This document shows, one piece after another, positions 24,585 through 33,767 of a stretch of DNA of 33,767 nt; position 1 is the first letter of the stretch; every line of letters begins with the position of its first letter. The notes beneath the pieces were generated by a model, which was given only the letters and a program-made list of their open reading frames with translations, ran no database searches and was not told the DNA's origin. The DNA is taken from the NCBI GenBank assembly GCA_041676265.1, contig JBAYSE010000001.1, positions 1-33,767 on the forward strand. Direction: 5' to 3'. The stretch is from Sphaerochaetaceae bacterium (GTDB taxonomy: Bacteria; Spirochaetota; Spirochaetia; Sphaerochaetales; Sphaerochaetaceae). A program made the position numbers and the translations under genes.

Positions 24585-26195
24585 ATGAAACAGCGCGAGA
24601 CATTTTTTTGGTACGATTTGGAGACTTTCGGCCTCGATTCGAGAAGCGACCGCGTAGCCCAATTTGCCGGCATTAGGACCGATAAAGACCTAAAAGAAAT
24701 TGATGAACCGGTTGTCCTCTATTGCCGTTTGAGTGACGATTATCTGCCCGACCCGTTAGCCTGTTTAATAACCTATATCACGCCTGACGTGGTGGCTGAA
24801 AAAGGGGTGAATGAAAGTGAATTCTTCGGACAAATCAACGCCATTTTAAGTCAGCCTTACACCTGCGCTGTCGGTTACAACTCCCTCCGTTTTGATGATG
24901 AGTTCATCCGTAACGGATTTTTTAGGAACTTTATCGACCCTTATAAAAGGGAGTACGCCAATGGCAACAGCCGTTGGGATATCTTGGATTTAGTGCGGGC
25001 AGCGCACGACTTACGCCCTGAGGGAATTGTCTGGCCTATCAAAGAGGAGACGGGCAATCCCTCTTTTAAATTAACCGACTTAACACAAGCTAATGCGATT
25101 GCCCACACCCATGCCCATGACGCCTTGAGTGATGTGCGGGCCACCATAGAAGTAGCCCGCCTCATTAAGAGGCATCAGCCGCTCCTCTTTACCTACTACC
25201 TAACCCTCAGGAGTAAACAGAAGGTAAAATCCTTCGTGAATGTCATGGGGGAGCCGGTTCTGCTCACAGCCGCCCCATTCACGCGCTCAGAGGGGTGCTC
25301 AACGCTAGTGATGCCCCTCAGCGGCCACAGCAAGAACCCCAACAGCGTATTGGTCTTTGACCTACGTCAAGACCCGACACCTTTAATCAACGCTGCGAAG
25401 GCTTTTAATGAGGTAGAGCAGCTCGAGTTAATGGAAGACGATTTCAGAAAAACTGCTCAGCAGCTGAAGAGGGCTTCTGAGAGCAGTCTTGGCGTTGAAC
25501 AAGCCCTCCGAGAGGGCACCAGGCAACTTTTAGAGGGGGCTAACCTCCTCTCTAACCTCCCCCGGCTCATCGATGGCAGTAGCCAACTTCTACAAGTCAA
25601 AGGATTGCACCGTGTTGCCATAAACCGGGTCCCCTTCTTTAGTCCCCTTTCGGTAATCGACGACGAGGTAGCCAAAAGGCTAAATCTGGATGTCGGAAAA
25701 TGTATGGAGCACTATGAGAGGTTAAAAGCGGTTCCCACTGTTGCCCTCAATTTACGTAAAGCACTCGATAAAGAGGAGTTCTTAAGTATCGATGATGTCG
25801 ACTACTCCCTCTACAGTGGAGCGTTCTTTTCAGATGCGGACGCTCAGCGGTTTGCAGAAATCCGTGCAACTGATCCCCAAGAGTTGTGGGCAAAACGGTT
25901 TAACTTTGACGACCCGCGATCCTACGAGTTGCTATGGCGCTACCAGTGCCGCAATTGGCCCGAAGTCTTAAGCGATGCAGAGCGCCTCCGTTATAAGAGC
26001 TTCTGTGCATTACGCTTAATCCAACCCCCAGCTAGCGACGCAGTTACGCTCGATTTTTTCGCCCGTAAAATTAGAGAAAAGATGGCTTCCAACTCGACCA
26101 AAGCGGAAGATAAAGAGGTCTTAGCCGCTTTAGAAAAGTGGGGAAGAGCGCTGTGCGAGCGCATCGGATTAAAATACCCTACCCCTCGTCGGTAA
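24585..26195 (+). CDS. sbcB: exodeoxyribonuclease I
   Basis: 536 aa. The DEDDh exonuclease motifs are FFWYDLETFG, GYNSLRFDDEF and HDALSDV, followed by SH3-like and C-terminal regions as in ExoI. Confidence 0.9.
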   Translation: MKQRETFFWYDLETFGLDSRSDRVAQFAGIRTDKDLKEIDEPVVLYCRLSDDYLPDPLACLITYITPDVVAEKGVNESEFFGQINAILSQPYTCAVGYNSLRFDDEFIRNGFFRNFIDPYKREYANGNSRWDILDLVRAAHDLRPEGIVWPIKEETGNPSFKLTDLTQANAIAHTHAHDALSDVRATIEVARLIKRHQPLLFTYYLTLRSKQKVKSFVNVMGEPVLLTAAPFTRSEGCSTLVMPLSGHSKNPNSVLVFDLRQDPTPLINAAKAFNEVEQLELMEDDFRKTAQQLKRASESSLGVEQALREGTRQLLEGANLLSNLPRLIDGSSQLLQVKGLHRVAINRVPFFSPLSVIDDEVAKRLNLDVGKCMEHYERLKAVPTVALNLRKALDKEEFLSIDDVDYSLYSGAFFSDADAQRFAEIRATDPQELWAKRFNFDDPRSYELLWRYQCRNWPEVLSDAERLRYKSFCALRLIQPPASDAVTLDFFARKIREKMASNSTKAEDKEVLAALEKWGRALCERIGLKYPTPRR

Positions 26196-26267
26196 AAATT
26201 CATTAAAAATGGATGGGGATTGCTTTAACCCGAAATTCATGATTTGATACGCAAAAAGGAGATGAAC

Positions 26268-27668
26268 ATGAAGAATAAAGGGAAGGTTGGCGTTGGTGTA
26301 ATGGCTTCTTACGGGGTAGGAAAGTTTCTAGCCGAGTTTTTAACGGGAGCCTTTGGTGCCATTGTCTTTAAGTTTTATGAGACTGAAATTGGTCTTGCCG
26401 CCGGGTATGCTGCTATTGCCACTATCATCTACTCCTTATGGAATGCCGTAAACGACCCAATAATCGGCTACATTACCAACCGGCGGGCCCCTTTTGCCCA
26501 CAAATTAGGACGTCGCTTCCCCTGGATTATTATTGGTTTAATTTTTAGTGCCTTTACCTTTGTCCTCATCTTTGCAGTACCCACTGCTTGGCGGGAACAG
26601 GTGAAGACCAACCCACTACCGGTATTCATCTGGATGGTCATCTCTATTTGTCTCTACGATGGAGCCTACTCCCTATGGGAAGTTAACTACCAATCGGTCT
26701 ACCCCGACAAGTTTAGGACTCAAGAGGTGCGCACTAAAGCGGCCGCTATTAGTACCGCTGTCGGTGTCTTAGGCGTGGCCGCCGGCTTTGTGGTTCCTCC
26801 CCTCTTTTTCTCCTATGGGGACGTTGGTAGCTACCTCGTCAGTGGCTGGGTAATTGCCGCTTTCGCCGTAGGCGGAATGCTCCTCATTATCCCCGGGATT
26901 CATGAAACTAAAGGGATGATTGAGCGCTTCATCAAACAGCAGCAGATGATTAAGACCGAAAAAAAGAGTGAGCACAAGTTTTTCCCCAGTATGAAGCGGG
27001 CTTTAAAACACCGGGACCTGATTGCTTTTATCCTTCTGCTCTTCCTCTACCAGTCGGGAACGATGTGTATGACGAGCTCTATCCACTACGTCGGCAACTA
27101 CATTCTAGGCGTCCCCAGCAGCGGCACTACAACAATCTTCGCCGGCATGTTAGTTGGAACCCTCCTCTCAATTCCCCTCTGGTCCCTTTTATCGAAGAAG
27201 TTAAAGAACAATCAGAGGATGCTCCTCATTACCAGCTTAGTGATGGCCCTTTTTGCCTTCCCTATGACTTTCGGAAGAACCAAAACCTTCTTCACAATCT
27301 TTATGGCTCTGTGGGGAGTCGGCTTCGGTGGTTTTTGGACCTTCATGACCCCTGCTATGGCCGATATCGTTGACTCTATTGTTGTCAAAGATAAGCGCCG
27401 TGATGATGGAGTTTTGATGGGTATCAGGGCCTTCTTTATGCGTTTTTCCTATGCCAGTCAAGCCATTGTGTTCTGGATTATTCACCGTTTAACCCACTTC
27501 GCAGATAACCCCAGTAGTCAAAGTGCCCAGATGGGAATCGGTCTCCATATGGCGGCTATCCCGGCTCTCTTTTTCGTTGCGGGGGCGGTGGTATTTTACT
27601 ACATGAATACCTTAACTCCTCAAAAGGTGGCAGAAAATAAAAAGGAGTTGGCTACGCTGGACATCTAA
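26268..27668 (+). CDS. MFS transporter, glycoside-pentoside-hexuronide (GPH) cation symporter family
   Basis: About 12 TM segments and the GPH-type N-terminus YGVGKF...WNAVNDPIIGYITNR. AGGAG lies 7 nt upstream of ATG 26268. The ORF opens at TTG 26244. Confidence 0.8.
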   Translation: MKNKGKVGVGVMASYGVGKFLAEFLTGAFGAIVFKFYETEIGLAAGYAAIATIIYSLWNAVNDPIIGYITNRRAPFAHKLGRRFPWIIIGLIFSAFTFVLIFAVPTAWREQVKTNPLPVFIWMVISICLYDGAYSLWEVNYQSVYPDKFRTQEVRTKAAAISTAVGVLGVAAGFVVPPLFFSYGDVGSYLVSGWVIAAFAVGGMLLIIPGIHETKGMIERFIKQQQMIKTEKKSEHKFFPSMKRALKHRDLIAFILLLFLYQSGTMCMTSSIHYVGNYILGVPSSGTTTIFAGMLVGTLLSIPLWSLLSKKLKNNQRMLLITSLVMALFAFPMTFGRTKTFFTIFMALWGVGFGGFWTFMTPAMADIVDSIVVKDKRRDDGVLMGIRAFFMRFSYASQAIVFWIIHRLTHFADNPSSQSAQMGIGLHMAAIPALFFVAGAVVFYYMNTLTPQKVAENKKELATLDI

Positions 27669-27722
27669 GGGGACAAATCGTTATACTTACTTTCCACGAA
27701 AGAGCATAGGAGAGATGAGATA

Positions 27723-28787
27723 ATGATAGAGATTCTCCAGAGGTTTGAACCCCAATTCATAGAACTCGAGAAGAAGTTAGCCGACCCCCATATCATGGAG
27801 GACATTGCCAATTACCGTACCCTCATGCAGGAGCGTAGCCACTTAGAACCGATTATTGAGGCGTTAGGCAACCTCCGTAATCTCCAAGAAGAACTCTCAG
27901 CGGCTAAGGAGATGCTGCACGAGACAGACGAAGAACTCGCCGCCATGGCTAAAGACGAGGTAGCCTCTCTTGAGCATGAGATTGAGGAGATTGAGCAAAA
28001 AAGTAAGATGTTCTTAATCCCTCCAGATCCAATGGAGGGGAAAAATATTATTATGGAGATTAGAGCCGGTACCGGGGGGGACGAAGCGGCTCTCTTCGCT
28101 GCCGACCTGTTTAGGATGTATTCCCATTTTGCCGAGAAGAACCGTTGGAAAATAGAGATTATGAGCATGAACGAGACCGGTATCGGTGGCTTCAAGGAGC
28201 TTATTTTCTCCATCTCAGGAAAGGAAGTTTACGGTAATCTTAGATGGGAAAGCGGAGTTCACCGGGTACAGAGGGTTCCTGAAACAGAATCCGGAGGTAG
28301 AATTCATACCTCGGCAGTAACCGTTGCGGTCCTCCCTGAAGCTGAAGAGACCGATATCGAAATTAAGCCTGATGATCTCAAAATTGATGTAATGCGTAGC
28401 AGTGGCCCTGGCGGGCAGCACGTCAACACCACCGACAGTGCCGTTAGACTGACCCACCTACCCACAGGTTTGGTGGTAACTTGCCAAGATGAGAAGTCTC
28501 AAATTAAAAACAGGGCAAAAGCCATGCGGGTATTACGCTCTCGTCTCTACGATTTAGAAGAGGCTAAAAAAGCTTTAGAGCGGGCCGACAATCGGAAGAA
28601 CCAAGTTGGTTCGGGAGACCGCTCGGAGCGTATTAGGACCTATAACTTCCCCCAAAACCGTTTGACAGACCATCGTATCAACCTTACGTTGTACAAACTA
28701 GAGTTAGTTTTAGCCGGAGAATTGGATGAGGTCGTGGAAGCTCTAAAAATAGCCGCCGGAGAGGAGGCTCTCAAGGAGTTGCAATGA
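27723..28787 (+). CDS. prfA: peptide chain release factor 1
   Basis: 354 aa with the GGQ motif ([15 protein letters not shown]) and an RF1-type P-x-T tripeptide ([17 protein letters not shown]). Confidence 0.95.
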   Translation: MIEILQRFEPQFIELEKKLADPHIMEDIANYRTLMQERSHLEPIIEALGNLRNLQEELSAAKEMLHETDEELAAMAKDEVASLEHEIEEIEQKSKMFLIPPDPMEGKNIIMEIRAGTGGDEAALFAADLFRMYSHFAEKNRWKIEIMSMNETGIGGFKELIFSISGKEVYGNLRWESGVHRVQRVPETESGGRIHTSAVTVAVLPEAEETDIEIKPDDLKIDVMRSSGPGGQHVNTTDSAVRLTHLPTGLVVTCQDEKSQIKNRAKAMRVLRSRLYDLEEAKKALERADNRKNQVGSGDRSERIRTYNFPQNRLTDHRINLTLYKLELVLAGELDEVVEALKIAAGEEALKELQ

Positions 28788-29635
28788 TGACTGTGCAAGA
28801 GGCTCTTAGCCAAGGGAGTAAAGCCATTTCACAAACACAGGTCTCTGCCACCCCCCTCCTAGATGCTTCACTACTGCTATGTAAAACGACCGATCTTAGA
28901 CATGCAGAGCTTTACAGTCAGTCACTAAAAACCCTCTCAGAAGAAACTGTAGAGGCCTATCATGCGTTGGTAAAACGGCGCTGTGAAGCGGAGCCCGTGG
29001 CTTATCTTGTGGGTTACCGTGAGTTTTATGGGCGCCAATTTTTAGTCTCTCCCTCTGTCCTGATTCCCCGTCCTGATAGCGAGACCCTCGTTGAAGCGGC
29101 TTTGGAGCGGCTCTCCCCTAGTTCAGAGTCTGCCGTATTGGATCTATGTTGTGGCAGTGGTTGCATTGGCTTAACTCTGGCCTGTGAGAGACCCAAGCTC
29201 GACCTAACCCTCTCTGACATCTCTAAGCACGCACTGCTTGTCGCCCAACAGAACAATCTGTCCCTGCTGAAAGGCCAAGCTAAAGTTGTTGAGTCGGACC
29301 TGTTTGAGGCCTTTAGATCAGAAAAATTTGCTCTAATAGTCACCAACCCACCGTACCTCACCTCGCCATGGTATAATGCGTGTGAAAAGCAGGTTAAAAG
29401 AGAGCCTTCATTGGCCCTTTTAGGGGGCGACAGCGATGGCTTAGCCCTTATTAGGAGAATTGTCGATGAGGCGGGTTACTACCTGCTTAACGGAGGGTCG
29501 CTGTTGATTGAGTGTGACTGGCGACAAAACGCCACCGTGACAGAACTCCTCGTGGCGAAAGGGTTCTCAGATGTTAAGAGTTACTCAGATCTCGCTGCTC
29601 TAAAAAGAGTTGTAGGGGGGACATTTTATGTATGA
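28784..29635 (+). CDS. prmC: release factor glutamine N5-methyltransferase
   Basis: 283 aa with the SAM motif [11 protein letters not shown] and the catalytic NPPY (IVTNPPY). It overlaps the prfA stop as ATGA. Confidence 0.9.
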   Translation: MMTVQEALSQGSKAISQTQVSATPLLDASLLLCKTTDLRHAELYSQSLKTLSEETVEAYHALVKRRCEAEPVAYLVGYREFYGRQFLVSPSVLIPRPDSETLVEAALERLSPSSESAVLDLCCGSGCIGLTLACERPKLDLTLSDISKHALLVAQQNNLSLLKGQAKVVESDLFEAFRSEKFALIVTNPPYLTSPWYNACEKQVKREPSLALLGGDSDGLALIRRIVDEAGYYLLNGGSLLIECDWRQNATVTELLVAKGFSDVKSYSDLAALKRVVGGTFYV

Positions 29636-30101
29636 GGATTTAGTCAACAGATTTGTCCAAAAAGCCTACCGCTACAGCAAAAAGGAGCAAACTCAAATTA
29701 GAGAAGCCGCTCTCTTTGCCGCCGAAGCACATGGAGCTCAGAAGAGGCAGAGTGGTGAGCCCTATATTATTCACCCCTTTGCCGTGGGGGAAATATTAAT
29801 GGGCCTTAATATGGACATTGAGACGGTAATTGCCGGTATTCTCCACGACACGTTAGAAGACACCCCCACTACTTTTGAGACTTTAGTCGCTAGGTTTGGT
29901 AAAACTGTTGCCGATTTAGTCGAGGGTGAAACCAAGATCAGTGGATTAAAAGTCAAAAATAAGAGCCAGCAAGAGGCGGAGACTATCAGGAAAATGTTCT
30001 TTGCCATGAGTGAAGACATTAGGGTAATCATTATTAAATTGGCCGACAAACTCCACAATATGCGTACCCTGCAACGCCTAGCCCCCGCGAGGGCGCGCTA
30101 G
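29628..30101 (+). CDS. RelA/SpoT N-terminal HD (hydrolase) domain fragment, 157 aa, if the TAG is real
   Basis: HD motif: HPFAVGEIL...GILHDTLEDT...ADKLHNMRTL. It overlaps the prmC stop. Confidence 0.6.
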   Translation: MYEDLVNRFVQKAYRYSKKEQTQIREAALFAAEAHGAQKRQSGEPYIIHPFAVGEILMGLNMDIETVIAGILHDTLEDTPTTFETLVARFGKTVADLVEGETKISGLKVKNKSQQEAETIRKMFFAMSEDIRVIIIKLADKLHNMRTLQRLAPARAR

Positions 30102-30134
30102 ATTGCTAACGAGTGCCTCGATATCTATGCCCCT

Positions 30135-31640
30135 TTGGCCGACCGTTTGGGGATGAGTTGGCTCAAAGGGGAATTGGAAGACCAATCCCTAAAGATCCTA
30201 AAACCCGATACTTTTCAGTACATTGAGGAGTACCTCCTCTCCAAAAAAAGTGAACGTACCGCCTATTTAAACCGTGTAGAGAAGATTCTCTACAGAGCTT
30301 GCGCCGAACAGGGGTTAGTCAATGTAGAGGTCCACTCCCGAACCAAACACACCTACGGCGTCTACCGCAAGATGAAAAAACGGCGTAAGGAAATTGAAGA
30401 GATTGGCGACATTCTCGGCGTCAGAATCATCTGTGACACGGTTAACGAGTGCTACTCTCTGCTCGGCCTAGTCCATAAACTTTGGCCACCCATCGAAGGA
30501 CGCTTTAAAGATTATATTGCAATGCCTAAGGCTAACAACTACCAAAGTCTCCACACCACCGTGATGGCTTTGGATGGAAAACTACTTGAAGTCCAAATAA
30601 GGACACGGGAGATGCATGCCACTGCGGAGTATGGAGTGGCGGCTCACTGGACCTACAAAGCGCAGACCAGTGGTGGAAGTGACCGCTCTTGGCTCCAGCG
30701 CGATAAAGAGCAGTTTAGCCGCATTCTCCATAAACTTAAGAGTTGGAGTTCAGAAATTGAGCAGTCCGAATCTTTTCTCGACGATATTAAAGGGGAACTC
30801 TTAAAGGATACAATCTACGTCTTTACCCCCCAAGGTCATATCGTCGAACTACCGGCCAATGCCACTGCCCTCGATTTCGCCTATCAGATTCACACTGAAA
30901 TCGGTAACCACACAACCGGTGCTAAGGCCGACGGCTCAATTATCCCCTTGAGCCAGCCTTTAAAGAACACCCAGGTGATAGAGATCTTAACGAGCCCCAA
31001 CGCCAGACCCACTCTCAACTGGTTGCGCCTTGCCCAGACAACAAATGCACGGCGTAAAATCCGCTCGTGGCTCAATAAAAACGACGATAGTATTATCGTT
31101 GACAAAAATATTATCGCCAAAAAGAGAGTGGAGGTACCGGTTGAACCGGTACAGCCGGCAGAAGAGGGCGAAATTGTCCGTTCGGTTTTTGACCCTAGTC
31201 GCCTCACTTTCAAAGTGGGAGATGAGAAGAATATGATGATCTCCTTGGCGAAGTGTTGTAACCCTCGCCGTGGAGATGACATCATCGGTTATGTCTCACG
31301 GGGAAGAGGTATCATTGTCCATCGTAAGAATTGCCACAACCTAAAAAATATGGCTGAAATCGAAGAGCGTAGCATTGAGGTTGAGTGGGAAAACGGGGCT
31401 CAGCTTATCACACGGCGTTTCAGGATTGTGAGCAAAATGACCCAAAACTTGTTTGCCGAAATTGAAGGCGCCATTCGAAAATATAAAGGGCACCTGATTG
31501 AAGGACGTTTAGAAGACGATGAACACGACCGGTTGGTGGGGAGTTTTACCATGGAGGTTGACAATGAAGATGATTATAAAAAAGTGGTGCGCTCAATTAA
31601 AGGCATCCCCTCGATCATCTCAATAAATGCCATTAATTAG
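30135..31640 (+). CDS. RelA/SpoT synthetase-TGS-ACT fragment, if independently translated
   Basis: The synthetase motifs are RTKHTYGVYRKM, DILGVRII and YQSLHTTV. The TGS segment is IYVFTPQGHIVELPANATALDFAYQIH, and the ACT-like C-terminus is present. I see no convincing RBS before TTG 30135 or ATG 30153. Confidence 0.5.
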   Translation: MADRLGMSWLKGELEDQSLKILKPDTFQYIEEYLLSKKSERTAYLNRVEKILYRACAEQGLVNVEVHSRTKHTYGVYRKMKKRRKEIEEIGDILGVRIICDTVNECYSLLGLVHKLWPPIEGRFKDYIAMPKANNYQSLHTTVMALDGKLLEVQIRTREMHATAEYGVAAHWTYKAQTSGGSDRSWLQRDKEQFSRILHKLKSWSSEIEQSESFLDDIKGELLKDTIYVFTPQGHIVELPANATALDFAYQIHTEIGNHTTGAKADGSIIPLSQPLKNTQVIEILTSPNARPTLNWLRLAQTTNARRKIRSWLNKNDDSIIVDKNIIAKKRVEVPVEPVQPAEEGEIVRSVFDPSRLTFKVGDEKNMMISLAKCCNPRRGDDIIGYVSRGRGIIVHRKNCHNLKNMAEIEERSIEVEWENGAQLITRRFRIVSKMTQNLFAEIEGAIRKYKGHLIEGRLEDDEHDRLVGSFTMEVDNEDDYKKVVRSIKGIPSIISINAIN

Positions 31641-33274
31641 TCCCCCTCCTCTAACACGCTAATAACTTCAGGCAGTAACTGCTTCTTCCTTGAAAGAACC
31701 CCTTTAAGCAGGTATTTCCCTTTACCCTCCATGGGGTAAAGCAGGGCCCTCTCTTTCTTAGGATAACTCGTCGTCAGGAGGATACTGCTTTCAGCAATCA
31801 CATCGGTGACGAGAAGCATCGCCCAGTCGAGACCAAAGCGTTGTTTGGTAGCTTCCAATTGACGAATATACTTCTCTTTGACCTCATCAACTTTAGTTAA
31901 AGTAGTCACTTCAACCTGTCCGATACCAAAGTGGGTCTCCCCCTCTTGGTAGGTTTTAAAATCCCCTTCAATAACTTGACGGGGGTCGGCCTTATTCAAG
32001 AGAGAGGCGACACTGAAAAGCTCTTCGCCAAACTCATAAATGTTCTCTATTTTGGCTATCTTAGCCAATTTATTGACAGCTCTTAAGTCTTGCGGTGTCG
32101 TTGTTGGGCTTTTGAGGATAACCGTATCACTAATAATTCCCGCTAAAAGTATTAGGGCAGTCAAACGGTCCACCCGAACAGACCAGCGTAAATACTGATG
32201 ATAAACAATCGTACAGGTACTACCCACCGGTTCGCTGGCTATGAAGATTGCCTTTCGGGTGCGCTCTGCGTCGAGGCGGTGGTGGTCGATTATTTCGATT
32301 ATATCGGCCTCCTCCAACCCCTCTATACTCTGCGACAATTCGTTATGGTCCACCATAATCACTTTTTTACGTGGTTTCTCTAAAAAACAGCGCCGGGTAA
32401 CAAACCCCACAAACTTTTCGTTATCAAAGACGGGCAGTCCTCTGTATTCAGAACCCATTAAGAGGCGTTTAGCATCGTCAAATAGGTCGTCCAAAGAGAC
32501 CTTGGGGGGATCTTTGACCACCAGACGCTTTAGGGGCAGACTCATCCGTAAAAGCCTAATGGTCTCTGCCGTATCTTCATACGATTTATAGATAATCCCT
32601 TTATACCCTTTTAGGTCTAAATCTAAAGTTTCGCTAGGCTCAATCCCTGTTAGAATGATAGCGGGAAACTGGTTATCTAACCCGTATTGAATGTGTTTTA
32701 ACCGTTTTCCCACCACCAATACCGGTAAATCGGGTAAAAGGGAGTTAAGACGGCGACGGTAAATGTCGAACTCCATGGCGCCGGTCATGATGTAGGCTTC
32801 AAAGCTCTGCATGTTGTTCTTTTTGAGGAACTCTCCCCTAATCACTTTACTAAAATTTTCAGGTTGGAAGTTGTAGTGAGGGCGCTCCCCAGCATTTTCT
32901 TTGAGAAAGAAGGCGGTAATTTCGTCTAAACTTAAAAGGCCAAAATAGTCACTGCCATCTAAGAGAGGGACCACTGAAGCATGTTTCTCGCGCATGAGGG
33001 TCACTAGACTATAAACGGGGTCTTCGGGGTGCAGAGAGGGGAAGGAGTCGATTACTACATCTCTTACTTTGGCCCTGACATCTTTTATAAACCGGGGAGG
33101 CATCACTCTAGTTTTTCTAAAATGGTGCTTGGTGGTCTCATTAAGATGGCCTATCCTTACCGGCTCATACTTGTACCTTTTATCTATTTTATTCTTTAAG
33201 CGCGCATAACACCAAGCAGAGCAAACCGAATCAAGATCGGGATTGCGATGGCCTGTCACGTAGATAGTTTCCAT
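31637..33274 (-). CDS. CBS-domain-containing family II inorganic pyrophosphatase (DHH-CBS-DRTGG-CBS-DHHA2 architecture)
   Basis: 545 aa. The DHH motifs are GHRNPDLDS, MVDHNE and IIDHHRL. An about 250-aa CBS/DRTGG-type insert follows motif I, and a DHHA2-like C-terminus is present. The 3' end overlaps the rel stop by 4 nt. Confidence 0.8.
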   Translation of the reverse strand: METIYVTGHRNPDLDSVCSAWCYARLKNKIDKRYKYEPVRIGHLNETTKHHFRKTRVMPPRFIKDVRAKVRDVVIDSFPSLHPEDPVYSLVTLMREKHASVVPLLDGSDYFGLLSLDEITAFFLKENAGERPHYNFQPENFSKVIRGEFLKKNNMQSFEAYIMTGAMEFDIYRRRLNSLLPDLPVLVVGKRLKHIQYGLDNQFPAIILTGIEPSETLDLDLKGYKGIIYKSYEDTAETIRLLRMSLPLKRLVVKDPPKVSLDDLFDDAKRLLMGSEYRGLPVFDNEKFVGFVTRRCFLEKPRKKVIMVDHNELSQSIEGLEEADIIEIIDHHRLDAERTRKAIFIASEPVGSTCTIVYHQYLRWSVRVDRLTALILLAGIISDTVILKSPTTTPQDLRAVNKLAKIAKIENIYEFGEELFSVASLLNKADPRQVIEGDFKTYQEGETHFGIGQVEVTTLTKVDEVKEKYIRQLEATKQRFGLDWAMLLVTDVIAESSILLTTSYPKKERALLYPMEGKGKYLLKGVLSRKKQLLPEVISVLEEGD

Positions 33275-33377
33275 AGATGCCTCCCGTTAGTATCGTAATG
33301 AAACATTTTGAATGTAGCAACTGAAAGTTACTTGACCCTTACCCCTTTTACAAAGAGAATAAGGGCGGAGGTCTTCA

Positions 33378-33767
33378 ATGAAACGAGTTGTAGTTGCCAA
33401 TGATCATGGAGCCGTCGAGGTTACCAAGAAGATTGTAAGTCACTTAGAGGGGCGCGGATACAGTGTCGATTACTTAGGTGTTTTCACTGAAGATGCCGTC
33501 GACTACCCCGATAAAGCCGCTGAAGCCTGCGGAAAGTACCTTGCCGGAGGGTATGAGTTTGGCGTCATTGCCTGTGGTACCGGTATTGGTATCTCCATTT
33601 CTGCCAACAAAATTAACGGGATCCGTTGCGCGTTACCCCAAAACAGCTATGCTGCCAGTATGGCTAAAATGCACAACAATGCCAACTTTATCGCTTTTGG
33701 GGGACGTATTGCTTATGGTGAGCCGGTAGAAGAGATCCTTGATGCCTACATCGACACCTCTTTTGAA
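33378..33767 (+). CDS. rpiB: ribose-5-phosphate isomerase B (RpiB/LacAB family), 3'-truncated by the window end
   Basis: Not in the ORF track because there is no stop before the window edge. ATG 33378 is preceded by GGAGG (6-nt spacer). My own translation is MKRVVVANDHGAVEV...GVIACGTGIGISISANKINGIRCAL...MHNNANFIAFGGR, with the catalytic Cys in the CGTGIG motif. Confidence 0.9.
   Translation, partial: MKRVVVANDHGAVEVTKKIVSHLEGRGYSVDYLGVFTEDAVDYPDKAAEACGKYLAGGYEFGVIACGTGIGISISANKINGIRCALPQNSYAASMAKMHNNANFIAFGGRIAYGEPVEEILDAYIDTSFE

Larger units (their letters stand above)
29628..31640 (+). pseudogene. bifunctional (p)ppGpp synthetase/hydrolase RelA/SpoT homologue interrupted by one in-frame TAG (30099-30101)
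   Basis: ORFs 29628-30101 and 30135-31640 are in the same frame. Read through the TAG, the sequence gives LHNMRTLQRLAPARAR*IANECLDIYAPLADRLGM. That is collinear with the conserved SpoT segment LHNMRTL......RRRIARETLEIYSPLAHRLGI. The full length would be about 670 aa. Confidence 0.8.

Noticed and set aside
30099-30101. TAG reassignment or pyrrolysine-type recoding as an explanation for the rel interruption
   Set aside because: TAG terminates trxA (335-337 on the minus strand), the 5' fragment ORF (294-296) and rel itself (31638-31640) at sensible protein ends. No pyl genes are seen in the window.
33478-33729. 83-aa plus-strand ORF from the track near the window end
   Set aside because: It is out of frame with the rpiB reading frame that starts at 33378. 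That frame has a good RBS and the conserved RpiB catalytic motif, so the listed ORF is an alternative-frame artefact.
1-33767. tRNA, rRNA, CRISPR arrays and riboswitches
   Set aside because: All GTTCGAA-type T-loop-like strings I spotted (for example near 5715, 8540 and 11377) lie inside well-supported coding regions. I saw no repeat-spacer periodicity and no recognisable riboswitch core in the 5' UTRs. A covariance-model scan would be needed for certainty.

Overview
This is a 33.8-kb bacterial chromosomal window with no rRNA, tRNA, CRISPR array, integrase or transposase. Gene content hints at a spirochaete-like anaerobe: archaeal-type UMP-kinase-like protein, eukaryote-type hexokinase, CBS-type family II pyrophosphatase and loose lipobox signals. 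I cannot verify that without a database search. The window splits into two compositional halves, with GC judged by eye on sampled lines.

(1) About 1.1-16.1 kb is AT-rich (roughly 35-42 % GC) and accessory-looking. It holds a DUF362 protein, a 40-codon coupled small ORF and a Cof-type HAD phosphatase. A divergent DeoR regulator and a ChvE/GguAB-like monosaccharide ABC importer follow. Next comes an orphan glycyl radical enzyme (GRE) with its activase. The block ends with a large two-module beta-helix lipoprotein and a small secreted protein under a consensus promoter.

(2) About 16.1-33.8 kb is roughly 48-52 % GC housekeeping DNA. It encodes a pyrH-like kinase, a PflX-type radical SAM protein, a patatin-like lipase with a small partner, mtnN-like, pdxK-like, a phosphohexomutase, a hexokinase and sbcB. 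It continues with a GPH symporter, prfA, prmC, relA/spoT, a CBS-pyrophosphatase and the 5' part of rpiB.

Most notable findings:
- The GRE/activase pair has a Cys-Trp-Glu catalytic loop. It sits behind a sugar importer and has none of the context genes of characterised GREs.
- A recurring AGTGCAAAAT motif links the promoter regions of the importer and GRE operons.
- A single in-frame TAG splits the relA/spoT gene right after the HD hydrolase domain.
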